Counted from the first letter of the stretch, positions 21,525-31,015 are shown. The stretch: DNA of 64,000 nucleotides from an uncultured Holophagae bacterium (GCA_963844865.1 CAWJPY010000006.1:187421-251420); one strand, 5' to 3'. Numbers and translations: made by a program. Notes: a model not told the origin generated them from the letters alone.

Positions 21525-21716
21525 TCACCCACCGATCTCGGGAATCGAAAGCCCTCGGCAGATCTTCTGCGCCAGTCTATCAGCGATCTCTGTGTGTCGC
21601 GGAACGGTTTCGACGGCCCCCGTGTTCGGGTTGGACCACAACGAATGTGCCGCCCCTTCGCGTTTGAGGACGCAACCGTGTTTGCGGAGGTGCTTGAGGA
21701 GAGCGTTCCGCTTCAT
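21525..21716 (-). CDS. hicA: Type II toxin HicA (mRNA interferase)
   Basis: 63 aa, MKRNALLKHLRKHGCVLKREGAAHSLWSNPNTGAVETVPRHTEI. It overlaps hicB by 4 nt. Confidence 0.9.
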   Translation of the reverse strand: MKRNALLKHLRKHGCVLKREGAAHSLWSNPNTGAVETVPRHTEIADRLAQKICRGLSIPEIGG

Positions 21717-21928
21717 CCAACGGTGATGATCTCTTGAATGGCGTCGTCGGGCACTCCACGCAGGACGTCCTCGCGACGGTCAGCGAGGATCAGCTTGATG
21801 GCCTCCCTCAGGCTGTCCAGGGACTCCTCTTTCGTTTTCCCCTGGCCGTTCGCACCGGGAAGCTCTGGGCAGTACGCGATGAACCACTCGCCGTCGCGCT
21901 CGATGACCGCAGTGAACTGATTGGTCAC
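21713..21928 (-). CDS. hicB: Type II antitoxin HicB (short form, no obvious DNA-binding domain)
   Basis: 71 aa, FTAVIERDGEWFIAYCPELPGANGQGKTKEESLDSLREAI, which is the HicB N-terminal fold signature. Confidence 0.88.
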   Translation of the reverse strand: MTNQFTAVIERDGEWFIAYCPELPGANGQGKTKEESLDSLREAIKLILADRREDVLRGVPDDAIQEIITVG

Positions 21929-22045
21929 GAGGACCTCCCTCTTGCACAGATCATTATGTCATCGAACTGCAGCGAGTTTCATTCTTCACGTCAGGATCAC
22001 CAAGTCGGCACCGTCTCCCAGCCGGGGAAGGGATCAGTGCTGAGG

Positions 22046-22144
22046 CAATTCTCAATTCTCAATTATGAATTTTGAATTACCTCGCAGAAGTTGATGGAAC
22101 ATTGCGATGGAATTAAGAATTGAGAATTCACAATTAAGAACTTG
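22046..22144. repeat. Two AT-rich arrays of five 7-bp phased units each, separated by a 29-nt spacer
   Basis: Array 1 (22046-22080): CAATTCT CAATTCT CAATTAT GAATTTT GAATTAC. Array 2 (22110-22144): GAATTAA GAATTGA GAATTCA CAATTAA GAACTTG. The reverse complement aligns with 3721-3745 (AATTCAAAATT..GAGAATT.CC). Confidence 0.85.
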
Positions 22145-22150
22145 CGATGC

Positions 22151-22878
22151 CTACCACGTCGGCACCGTCTCCCACCCGGGAAAGGGCCAACCTCGATCTT
22201 CCAGCCGGTCGGCGATTGCGCGTCGCGGACGACGCGGAGATTGGTGAGAGTCTTGAGCTTGGCGATCAGCTCCTCGCGCGGCAGGGTATGAAGCGGAGGT
22301 TTGGAGAGGTCGGGCATGGGCCACAATCGAATGGTGTTGTCCTGGCCGGCCGAGACGATCCAGCGTCCGAGAGGGTCGATGAGCACATGGATGATCGAGC
22401 TGTCGTGGCCGAGAAGCAGGTGCGGCTCTTCACCCGTGGCCGGTCCCACGCGAACGACACCGTTGGAATCTCCGGTCACCGCCACGGTGCCTTCCTGGTT
22501 GAGTGCCATTCTCCGGACGTGCAAACCGTGGGTCGTGAGCGCCGTTACGCCACCCGTTTCGAGATCGACGAAAACGGGAGGCCCCGCGGGGTCCTGCATC
22601 GAGTCGCCCTCCCCGTTTTCAGTCATCAGGAGACGCCGTCCGTCCTTGGTGGCGACAAAACCGCTCACGTCATACTCGAAGAGAATCTCGTGATTCCCCG
22701 TGTCAACCTCCCATGCCACGACTCCCTTTGACGTTGCGGTCAGCAGCCGGCCGTCGTTCGCGAAACTCGCGCCTAACCTGAATTCACCGTCGGAGAGACG
22801 GAGAGCCGCCAGCTCCCGCCCCGACGCCACCTCCCACACACGTCTAGTCAGCGAGCTGATCAGGACGATGGCGGCCAT
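22151..22878 (-). pseudogene. WD40-repeat protein, C-terminal fragment (N-terminally truncated, 1-nt frameshift near the end)
   Basis: WD40-like repeats (TGDSNGVVRV, SAGQDNTIRLWPMP). No plausible N-terminus. With one G restored in CCGGGTGGGAG the frame reads PFPGWETVPTW* and stops at 22151. As sequenced the ORF runs on to 22063 through the AT-rich repeats. Confidence 0.65.
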
Positions 22879-23595
22879 CTGCAGCCGGCCCGGTCGAATC
22901 GCGGACGTAGGATACGTTCAGCAGGGCGCCGAAATCACCCATACCGGTTTCCCATCGGTCGCTGATGAGGTATGTCGGGAACCTTGGTATGTGGCTTATG
23001 TTAATTGAAAATGAGCAAACGCTTGCGCAACGGACCTTCGTGACGGGAGAAGCGCCGAGGCGACGGCGTGCCCGATCTGGTCGCGGGGAACGTTTTCCTT
23101 GGTCTTGGCTGTGATCACCATCAAGAGGAGGGGACCGACATCGTGGAGCAGACGGCTGTCATCGCTCAGGAAGTCGAGCTTGCGGTCGTGCTCAATCGGA
23201 GTGCGGATGTGGTGAGTCACACAGTTGGGGAGGGTGGGCGGCGGAGGATCGACGGTGAGGCATTCGCGCTTGGAGAGCCTTGACGCCGACACCGTTGCCC
23301 GCCTCCATCCCCGGCTGGCGCGCGGCGACCTATGACATCGGACGACTTTGGAACCACAGACACGGCACCCATGTTTCCGAGTACGGCCGCGCCGAGGCTG
23401 TGGAGTGGGCCTACCGGGTCAAGAACGCGCTTACCATCGGTGGCCCGATCAACGCCGGGCTGAAAAAGGGCCTCCTGATCGCCCGATCCGTCGCATCGCA
23501 CCCCGGTGACGCCTCGCCAGATTGACACCCTTCATCAGGGGACATAACTTCAGTCTCAAAAGAACAACCGGTATCGGACTGCGGAGGAGGATCTG

Positions 23596-24441
23596 GTGAA
23601 GCTCAGCCGTCGCCTCGTCGTCGCCGCCGCGGTGCTCGCCATCTGCGGACCTGCCATCGCCCAGGAGCACCCGGTCATCAAACCCATCAAGGGCTTCGTA
23701 CTGCGTCCCGCCGCCCAGCAGAAGGTCACGAACTACGACCAGTTCCGTTTCCGGCGCACGGACGCCCAGGGGCACTCCGAGTTCTATGTCAAGAAGGGCA
23801 AGTTCTGGGACCTCGACTACCACAAGCCGATGCCCGACGGCTCGGATGACCGGAGCTTCTCCAGGATCGAGATCGTCGACAACTATGTCGCCGCGGTGAC
23901 CGAGGCGGGCGGCACGATCTACTACAATTATGAAGGGGAGCTGCAGTTCAGTATTCCCCGGCCCGACGGCGGCATCAGCTACGCCCGTGTGATGGCGAGC
24001 GACGGCCGCTACCGGCTGCAGATCATCGACGAGAAGCCGCTCGAGCGGAACCTTGAGTTCACCTCGGCCGACGACATGTACAAGGGCATCGAGGCAGCCG
24101 GCTTCGTGGCCGTGTACGGCATCCACTTCGACACCGACAAGGCCGACCTCAAGGTCGGCGCCGCCAAGACCCTCGAGGAGGTCGTGAAGCTGCTCCAGGC
24201 CCACCCCGATCTGAAGGTGGAGATCCAGGGGCACACCGACTCCACCGGCTCGGATGACCACAACCTCGACCTGTCGCGGCGCCGCGCCGACACCGTCAAG
24301 GCGTACCTGCAGCTCTACGGCATCGCGGCTGACCGGCTGACGACCACCGGCTTCGGCGAGTCCAAGCCGGTGGGCGACAACGCCACCGAGGAGGGCCGGG
24401 CTCTCAACCGCCGGGTCGAACTGCACCGGGTGGGAGAATGA
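23596..24441 (+). CDS. OmpA family protein with DUF4892-like N-terminal domain (copy A)
   Basis: GTG start after GGAGGAGG and a signal peptide. The C-terminal OmpA_C motif is GHTDSTGSDDHNLDLSRRRADTV...NRRVEL. It aligns along its full length with 44626-45477. Confidence 0.88.
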   Translation: MKLSRRLVVAAAVLAICGPAIAQEHPVIKPIKGFVLRPAAQQKVTNYDQFRFRRTDAQGHSEFYVKKGKFWDLDYHKPMPDGSDDRSFSRIEIVDNYVAAVTEAGGTIYYNYEGELQFSIPRPDGGISYARVMASDGRYRLQIIDEKPLERNLEFTSADDMYKGIEAAGFVAVYGIHFDTDKADLKVGAAKTLEEVVKLLQAHPDLKVEIQGHTDSTGSDDHNLDLSRRRADTVKAYLQLYGIAADRLTTTGFGESKPVGDNATEEGRALNRRVELHRVGE

Positions 24442-24458
24442 CGATGTGATTCCACCAC

Positions 24459-25426
24459 ATGGCTATCCTCGGGATCGTTGTCGGTCTGCTGATTTCGGCG
24501 ACTCCGGTGGCCGCCACCGAACCGCCCGAAGCACCGCCGGGATCCGGTGGAAACTCCCTCCCCGACGATTGGACGGGAATGATCACGCTGGAGTGGGAGT
24601 CCGGAATACCCGACGACTCGCCGCTGCACCAGCAAATCGAGCAGGTCTCGATGAGGTACGGAAAGCGGTGGAACCTGTATCTGACTTTGCACGCCGAAAA
24701 TCGCGGCCCGATCAGGGTTCGTTACAAATGCACCCGGGCGCCGGTCGACTATCTCGAGACCTCGGCGACCGTGGGCAAGAACGGCGCCATCAGCACGAAG
24801 GAGATCTGGAAGATCGAGGCCGGCAAACGGATCCTTGACGATCACCAGTGCAATCTGGTGTTGGTGGTCGACTCCAATACAAAGAAACATTGGAGCGAGG
24901 TGGGAAGTTCGAGATTCCCAACGCCACCAAGACCGGACAGATCGTCATCGAGATCACTGACGAGAACGGCACACGAACGGTCGCCAACCCTCTCGACAAG
25001 GAAACCGATGTCGTCGAGCGGTTTCGCTTCGAGGACCGGTACACCGAAAACCGACCGTTGAAGCTGATCGGCCAGTTCGACGCCAACGTGGAGCCCCCGG
25101 CCGGCGTCGACATCACCCACGAGACGGTGGCTGGCGATATCGATTGGCGCCTCTACCGCGGCGTTTGCCCGGATGTGAGAAAACAGTCCTTCGAAGATGC
25201 CGGGAAATAGATGACCAATTGTTTGGATGTCACGCCGGACGAGCACGACGGGCTATGCGAGCCTTACGGCCTCCACAACTGTCTCGTAATGGTCGCCAGT
25301 CCGTCGATGAACTTCTTTGATGTACACGACTGTGTGGAAGACAACTGCACTTGGGAATTGGGCACTCCCGAGTTTGACGGTGCTGTCAACGCACTCAAGG
25401 ACTGCATGGACGAGTGGATTAGATAG
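24459..25426 (+). pseudogene. Broken paralog of the 20119-21144 secreted Cys-rich protein (one frameshift, one in-frame TAG)
   Basis: Three collinear pieces: 24459-24900, 24848-25210 and 25211-25426. The frame shifts at the GGG run 24902-24904. TAG at 25208-25210 is directly followed by ATG. Confidence 0.75.
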
Positions 25427-25692
25427 ACCGAGAAGTGCAATCGGCTTTGCCCCTGAGCGTGTCACCAGGCGTCGCAGGACAGTAACTCCTCGCCCTACCC
25501 CGTCTCGAAAGCGAGCCGAGGCTCGGCCACGTATGAAAGATGGACTCTGCAAGCCTTGAAAGCGTGTGTCCGCGGCTGAGGCAGGATATCGCCGCCGAGT
25601 TGAAGACCGACGCTGGAATGAGATGGCGATGCCGAGTCGTTCAGAGGGCGCCCGGGTTGTTTCTTGATCCCCGGCGGCGCAGCACGGTCCAA

Positions 25693-26172
25693 TCAACCGT
25701 CTCCGACGCCGATGTTGTACGAGATCAGCTTCCATGCTTCGTTTTCGCGCACCAGCTTGAACGAGCACGGAATCTTGGTTCCGCTTGCCAGCGTCACGGT
25801 ACCTTCGAACTCGGCGCCGCTCATATCCACCGAACGGCTGGTAAACGACGTGTCGGTCACGTTGAACAGGTGCTGGTTCGCCGTAACCCCGGCGGAGAAC
25901 TGGTCGAAGGGTTGCGCCTCCTTGAGCGGCGACGAGAAGCAGTCGTAGGCGGCCTCGAGATTGCCGTCAGCGGCCTCGGTAAGGAAGGTTTGAACGACCT
26001 TTTCGGGCTCGGCCGTGGCCTGCTTGACAACGAACAGGATCACGACGATGAGCACGACGAAAAGTGCGATCAGGCCGCCGCACCCGAGGAGAACCCAACG
26101 GAGCCAGGGGCGCGATTTCTGGGATTGCAGGTCTGAGGAATCCGTGAATGCCGCGTCGGTCCTGTCACTCAT
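25693..26172 (-). CDS. Membrane-anchored hypothetical protein (single TM plus about 100-aa extracytoplasmic domain, possibly DUF4864/NTF2-like)
   Basis: 159-aa ORF with TM LLGCGGLIALFVVLIVVILFVV. It lies 57 nt downstream of the ankyrin gene on the same strand. Confidence 0.6.
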   Translation of the reverse strand: MSDRTDAAFTDSSDLQSQKSRPWLRWVLLGCGGLIALFVVLIVVILFVVKQATAEPEKVVQTFLTEAADGNLEAAYDCFSSPLKEAQPFDQFSAGVTANQHLFNVTDTSFTSRSVDMSGAEFEGTVTLASGTKIPCSFKLVRENEAWKLISYNIGVGDG

Positions 26173-26229
26173 GAGTCATGCTTTCGTTCAAACAGCGCGT
26201 CGGTTTTCCAAATCGCCACCGCGGTGTTT

Positions 26230-27390
26230 CTACCAGTCATGTGTCGCCCCGGCCTGCTCGAGGAGTGCCGCGACATCGGTTTTCCCTGTCTGCTGCGTCA
26301 CGGCGAGGGCGGTTGTGCCCTTGTCCGTGACCGCGTTGACATCTGCTCCGTGGGCGAGCAGTGCCTTGACGACGGGAACGTGGCCCGCCTGGGATGCGAC
26401 CATCAACGGGGTCCAGCCTCCCCGGGCACGGGCGTTGACGTCGGCACCGTGGGAGAGCAGCGAGTTTACGATCTCGAGCTTGCCGTCGAACGAGGCCGCA
26501 ACAAGGGCGGTCGTTCCGTCGTTTTTCGTTGCGTTGGCGTCGGCTTTGGCGGCGAGCAGGGCTTCGACCACGTCGGACCAGCCCTCACGGGCGGCCAGCA
26601 GCAGAGCCGTGGTTCCATCCGTGGCGGCGGCATTGACGTCAGCACCCGCCGCGATCAGTTCCTGCACGACCTCGGTGTGACCATTCTGCGTCGTCACCAG
26701 CAGCGCCGTCCAGTCGTCACGTGCTCGAGCGTTGACGTCGGCGCCCCGCGAGATCAGCAGTGCGAGGGTTTCGAGATGGTCGTTCTGAGCCGCCAACATC
26801 AGTGCTGATCCGCCGTCCTTCGGCTGGATATCGATCGCAGCTCCACCGTCGAGCAGCACGCGCACCGTCTCCGTCCGTCCGTTCTGGGCTGCCTTCATCA
26901 ACGCCGTGGTGCCGTTCAAGTTGTGCGCCGCAGTGTCAGCGCCTCGACTCAGCAGCGTCGACACCGTTTGGTCGTGGCCGTTCTGAGCCGCCAACATGAG
27001 AGCCGTCCAGCCTTCGTCGTTGGCGTCGTCGATGTCGGCTCCCGCGTCCGCAAGCATCTCCAGGGTGGCCGTGTGGCCGTTCTGGGCAGCGAGCATCAGC
27101 GTCGTCCAACCACCCTTGATCGTCGAACTCACGCCAGCTCCCCTCTCCAGCAAAACCCGCACGGTCTCTGTGAATCCCCCTTGAGCCGCAAGAGCCAAAG
27201 CGGTGGCGCCCTCGGGCGTCCTCGACTCAATGTTGGCTCCGCGCGCCAGCAGTTCGACGACCGAGTCTGTTCTTCCGTTCATTGCCGCGTCGCGAAGCTC
27301 GTAGCCGAGATCCTCTGCGCCGGTGATGGCCGGCGCGAGAAAGGCAGCGGCCCACAGGAGAACCCACACACGGAGTGATCGTCTGCGCAT
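26230..27390 (-). CDS. Secreted ankyrin-repeat protein (about 11 ANK repeats)
   Basis: ATG 27390 gives the signal peptide MRRRSLRVWVLLWAAAFLAPAITGA. It is followed by tandem 33-aa units of the form GxTALMLAAQNGHxxxVxxLLxxGADxN. Confidence 0.9.
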   Translation of the reverse strand: MRRRSLRVWVLLWAAAFLAPAITGAEDLGYELRDAAMNGRTDSVVELLARGANIESRTPEGATALALAAQGGFTETVRVLLERGAGVSSTIKGGWTTLMLAAQNGHTATLEMLADAGADIDDANDEGWTALMLAAQNGHDQTVSTLLSRGADTAAHNLNGTTALMKAAQNGRTETVRVLLDGGAAIDIQPKDGGSALMLAAQNDHLETLALLISRGADVNARARDDWTALLVTTQNGHTEVVQELIAAGADVNAAATDGTTALLLAAREGWSDVVEALLAAKADANATKNDGTTALVAASFDGKLEIVNSLLSHGADVNARARGGWTPLMVASQAGHVPVVKALLAHGADVNAVTDKGTTALAVTQQTGKTDVAALLEQAGATHDW

Positions 27391-27450
27391 TGCAATCCCC
27401 CTGAACGAAGCGCCTCGCGACTCCCTTGTCACTCGTAACGGTTCCCCTAG

Positions 27451-27479
27451 AATGTAGGCTCTCCGAGCTGTGACGACAA
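27451..27479 (-). promoter_or_regulatory. Candidate sigma-70 promoter for the ankyrin operon (TTGTCG-17 nt-TACATT)
   Basis: Read on the minus strand. It lies about 60 nt upstream of ATG 27390. Confidence 0.3.
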
Positions 27480-27525
27480 CACGCGAAGCGATGCCTGTCG
27501 CGGCATTGACGGAATCGCCCGCGTT

Positions 27526-27590
27526 CACTTGAATCCGGTGGTGGCGGGATTGGTTGACGACCCCGCCGAGCATGTGCCCGATTCGGCACC
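27526..27590 (+). pseudogene. Short remnant of an IS200/RayT-like (Y1) transposase C-terminus
   Basis: HLNPVVAGLVDDPAEHVPDS resembles the conserved YIHxNPVRAGLVxxPxxYPWSS block. Nothing else of the gene remains. Confidence 0.3.
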
Positions 27591-28662
27591 GCAGGCGTCT
27601 GCCGGCCCTGTCACGAGGGACCAGCTACCGCCGGTGTGGGACCTCGTGGGGCTCTGTCGGCGCGCCCCCCTGCGGGCACGCCCAGCCGGGTCGATCGACG
27701 CCGACCCAGATCCAGTTGCAGTGCCGCGGGCAGAAGCGAACCATGCCGGAGGTGAGGGGATAGGAAGCTCCTTTCGCGCACCTCTGAAGGTGAACGACTC
27801 GGTGTCACGTATCACAACCTCACAACACTGACTTGCCGCGGTCCTCGCTTTCTTTCTGCCAAGCTGCAACCAGGCTCTCCAACCGCTCGTGCCGGTGCCA
27901 CCAATGCCACGAGCGACAAGACCGGGCGCGACCGAAACCAGTGGCGCCATGCTGTACGACCCTCTCACGCAAGGTCGAACCACCAAGACGACTATCGCCC
28001 TCAATCCCACAACTACCTCCATTTCAGGAGGATATCGATCCGACCGAGGTCGTATATATCTCGCTTGCGGGCCCCCGCACGACGACCCCGGAAGCGGCCG
28101 TGGCCGTGGGCGTGGGGGTCGGTACGAGGGTGGGGGACGCCGTACGGCCACCCGCTTGTGGGGTCGGGGCACCGCGCGAGGGTGGGTGTGGGAGGAGGGG
28201 CGGTGGACAGGGGGGCGCGAGTAACACGCCCACGGCTGCGACCGCGACTGAGCGTTTGCCCGCTCCTGCGGCAATCGCTGCAGGCGCTCGGAGGCGGGGG
28301 CGGCAACGGCGCCCATGGCCAGGAGCGCGCCCATACCACTCATTCCTCCGGCGCTGCTCCCACTTGGTCGACACACGTTCCCACACCACAAACCCGAAGC
28401 GGCCGTGGCCGTAGGCGGAGGGGTCGGCACGACGGCAACCGCGGCCACGGACGACTCACGTGCACGAAACGGAATCGTGGTGTACACTCCAGCGATCGGA
28501 GAAACAGGTGCCCTCGGTCCGTGCTCGTTGGCGCGGGCCGTTTTCAGCGTCACCTCCCGCGACGACGTCGGCCACGCGCGGACCGCGGAGCACGGAGAGG
28601 AGTCCGCAATGAAGAGAGGCGCCCTGCTGCTGTCAATCATCTTCCTGATCACCGTGTAGGCT

Positions 28663-30942
28663 GTGACCGTCTCGGCCGTCGAGGTCACGGTATTCGGCCC
28701 GCACCAGTTCGTGCGCACGGCCGGTCCGCCGACCAGCTACGGGGAGACGTTCGTCGCGGTCGCCGGTGACGGTGTCCTGGTCGTCACCAACGGCGACACC
28801 GACGGCAAGCACCGCATCAGCTCCGGCGTGGTGCTGCTCAACGGCGAGGCCGTGACCGGCACGTCGAGCTTCAACCAGCGGGTCGGGGAGCTGGTGTTCC
28901 CGGTCTCGCTCGGCGAGGCCAACACCATCCAGGTCACCCTGCAGAGCAAGCTCGGGAGCTTCCTGACGCTGACCGTGGTGCAGGACATCCCGATCGTCCT
29001 GGAGGCCGGTCCCGCCGGGGTCGCCATCGAGGACCCGGACCGCCTGCTGGTCGCGCTGCCCCTGCTCAACGAGGGATCGGCGACGGCGGAGGACGTCCAG
29101 ATCACCTCCGCCTTCCTCGAGTCCACGGACCTGCTCGCCCCCACTTCCTTCCCGGTGGGGATCGGTGACATCGCGGCGGACGACCGCGGGGTGTTCGAGG
29201 CGGCCTTCGCGAGCACGGGGCTGGTCTCGGGTGACGCCTACCTTCTCCACGTCTCGGGGAGCTTCGCCTCCGGCCCCCTGCGGCTCGACTTCGCCCTGGA
29301 GAGGCCCATCGCCGTGCCGGCCAGAGCACCGGGCTCCGCTCCGCTCAGCTTCGTGACCGCCACGCCGTCCACGGTCACCGGGGCGCCGTTCACACCGTCG
29401 CCGGAGCCGAGCGAGGTCCCCGAGGGCTACAACGAGGAGCCGCTGCCTCCGATCCCGACGGGGCAGCCCCGCGGCACCATGGTTCCAACCACCGGCGGCT
29501 CCCTGCTCCAGGGCGGCACCATCTCCGAGCTGCCTCAACCCGAGGCCGCCGCCGCCCCCGCGATGATCGCCAAGACCCTCAGCGACCCGGTCCTCTTCTT
29601 CAGGTCCGTGGGCTACGGCTCCGGCAGCGGGACCTGGCTGGACCCGAACGGCGCCACCGCCGGCGACATCGTGATCGGCAGCTACAACGGGCCGGTGGCG
29701 TTCTCCACCGATGGCGGTGCGAACTTCACGCACCACAACGTGTCGTCGATCTTCCCCAACAAAGACGCCAACGGCAACCTGATCGACGGCGGGTTCGGCT
29801 GCGACCAGGTGATCGTGTACGTGCCGCAGTATGACCGCTTCGTGTGGCTGATGCAGTTCCGGCGCGGCCTGCTGCCGGGAGACGATCCCGACGAGCCGAC
29901 CGGCCCCAACAGGTACCGCCTGGCGACGGCGAGCTCCGCACAGTTCATCGCCAGCGGGGGGACCGTCTGGACGACGTACTGGGATCTCACCTGCGCGCTC
30001 TTCGGTTTCGAGGATCACATCTGGATGGACTACCCGGACCTCGCGGTGGGGGCGAACTACCTCTACCTGAGCGCCGACGTGGTGGGCGGTGGCGGGCTGT
30101 TCGTGGCCAGGATTCCCCTGGCAGACATCGACGGAGAAGGCGTCATCAACATCGGCTTCACGGACCCGGCCCTGGGGGGTCTGGTTCTCGGCTCCCACCT
30201 GGTCCACGACATCGGCGAGACCGCCTACTGGGCCGGACACAACGGCAACGGCGCTGTCCGCATCTTCTCCATGTCCGAGAGCGACGACTACTACGCGTGG
30301 CGGGACCTGGCCCTCATCGACAGCTGGCCGAACTCGGACCTCAGCTCCATCACGCCCACCGGCCGGGACTGGCTCGCGTTCGGCTTCCCCGGGTTCCGGA
30401 TCATCGGCGGCACCCGCCGCCTGGCGACCCACTTCCTGGAGGACAACAGCGTCGTCCAGTCCGACGAGCTGTGGCTCGCTTGGGGAGCCGGCCAGGGCGG
30501 CGGCTTCCCCGAGCCGCACATCCAACTCCTGACGGTCGACATGTTCGACGAGACGGTGACGGGTCAGCGCCAGATCTGGAGCGACGAGGTCGCCTTCTCC
30601 TACCCCGCGCTCGCTCTCAACAACCAGAGCGAGATTGGGGTGGCGCTGGCGTTCGGGGGCAACGATGCCCACTCCAACTTCGCCGTCGGGATCTGGGGCG
30701 ACTACGTCGTCTACTATCCCGAGCTCGCCGATGCATCGAAGTCCCGCTTCGGGGACTACTTCGGGATCCGCCCGTTCTGGCCCGAGCAGGGGCTGTTCGC
30801 CGCCTTCGGCCTCTGGTACGCCCAGGCCAACCCGAGTACGGCGGACGACTGCGATCCGTCGAACGAGTGCCTCACCGTCCGCCACCACATCGTGTTCGGT
30901 CGCGCGTCGGCGCTCGAGCCGCCGTCTCCTCCGCCGAGCTGA
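28663..30942 (+). CDS. Large hypothetical protein with an Asp-box-like motif (STDGGANFT). A signal peptide lies upstream in frame but is cut off by a TAG codon.
   Basis: 759-aa ORF from GTG 28663. In-frame ATG 28609 with a GGAGAGGAG RBS encodes MKRGALLLSIIFLITV, then TAG (28657-28659), then AVTVSA-VEV. Confidence 0.7.
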   Translation: MTVSAVEVTVFGPHQFVRTAGPPTSYGETFVAVAGDGVLVVTNGDTDGKHRISSGVVLLNGEAVTGTSSFNQRVGELVFPVSLGEANTIQVTLQSKLGSFLTLTVVQDIPIVLEAGPAGVAIEDPDRLLVALPLLNEGSATAEDVQITSAFLESTDLLAPTSFPVGIGDIAADDRGVFEAAFASTGLVSGDAYLLHVSGSFASGPLRLDFALERPIAVPARAPGSAPLSFVTATPSTVTGAPFTPSPEPSEVPEGYNEEPLPPIPTGQPRGTMVPTTGGSLLQGGTISELPQPEAAAAPAMIAKTLSDPVLFFRSVGYGSGSGTWLDPNGATAGDIVIGSYNGPVAFSTDGGANFTHHNVSSIFPNKDANGNLIDGGFGCDQVIVYVPQYDRFVWLMQFRRGLLPGDDPDEPTGPNRYRLATASSAQFIASGGTVWTTYWDLTCALFGFEDHIWMDYPDLAVGANYLYLSADVVGGGGLFVARIPLADIDGEGVINIGFTDPALGGLVLGSHLVHDIGETAYWAGHNGNGAVRIFSMSESDDYYAWRDLALIDSWPNSDLSSITPTGRDWLAFGFPGFRIIGGTRRLATHFLEDNSVVQSDELWLAWGAGQGGGFPEPHIQLLTVDMFDETVTGQRQIWSDEVAFSYPALALNNQSEIGVALAFGGNDAHSNFAVGIWGDYVVYYPELADASKSRFGDYFGIRPFWPEQGLFAAFGLWYAQANPSTADDCDPSNECLTVRHHIVFGRASALEPPSPPPS

Positions 30943-31015
30943 CGCTCCGCTCGCCAACCGTCTGGTGGAGGGGCCGGGAAGCCGGCCCCTCTTTCGCGCC
31001 CGTGGTGCCGCCGGA

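Noticed and set aside
22996-23292. 98-aa ORF with an LLHDVGPLLLMVI stretch reminiscent of HD/HDOD domains
   Set aside because: The similarity is limited to one short motif. There is no start context, and the ORF lies in a region of obvious gene debris. It is too weak to call.
25208-28659. Idea that TAG is recoded (readthrough or pyrrolysine-like), because two genes carry in-frame TAG (25208, 28657)
   Set aside because: TAG is used as the normal terminator of several conserved genes here: the gldG-like gene at 3682, the PEP-binding gene at 7637, gdh at 7978 and the first RND permease at 40150. I saw no pyl genes. Nonsense mutation or sequencing error is simpler.
27525-28718. 397-aa minus-strand ORF and the internal GTG ORF with a GGAGG RBS near 28020
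   Set aside because: The translations are low-complexity and Arg/Pro/Ser-rich. The ORF overlaps the RBS and start of the 28609 gene. The region is treated as degenerate DNA.
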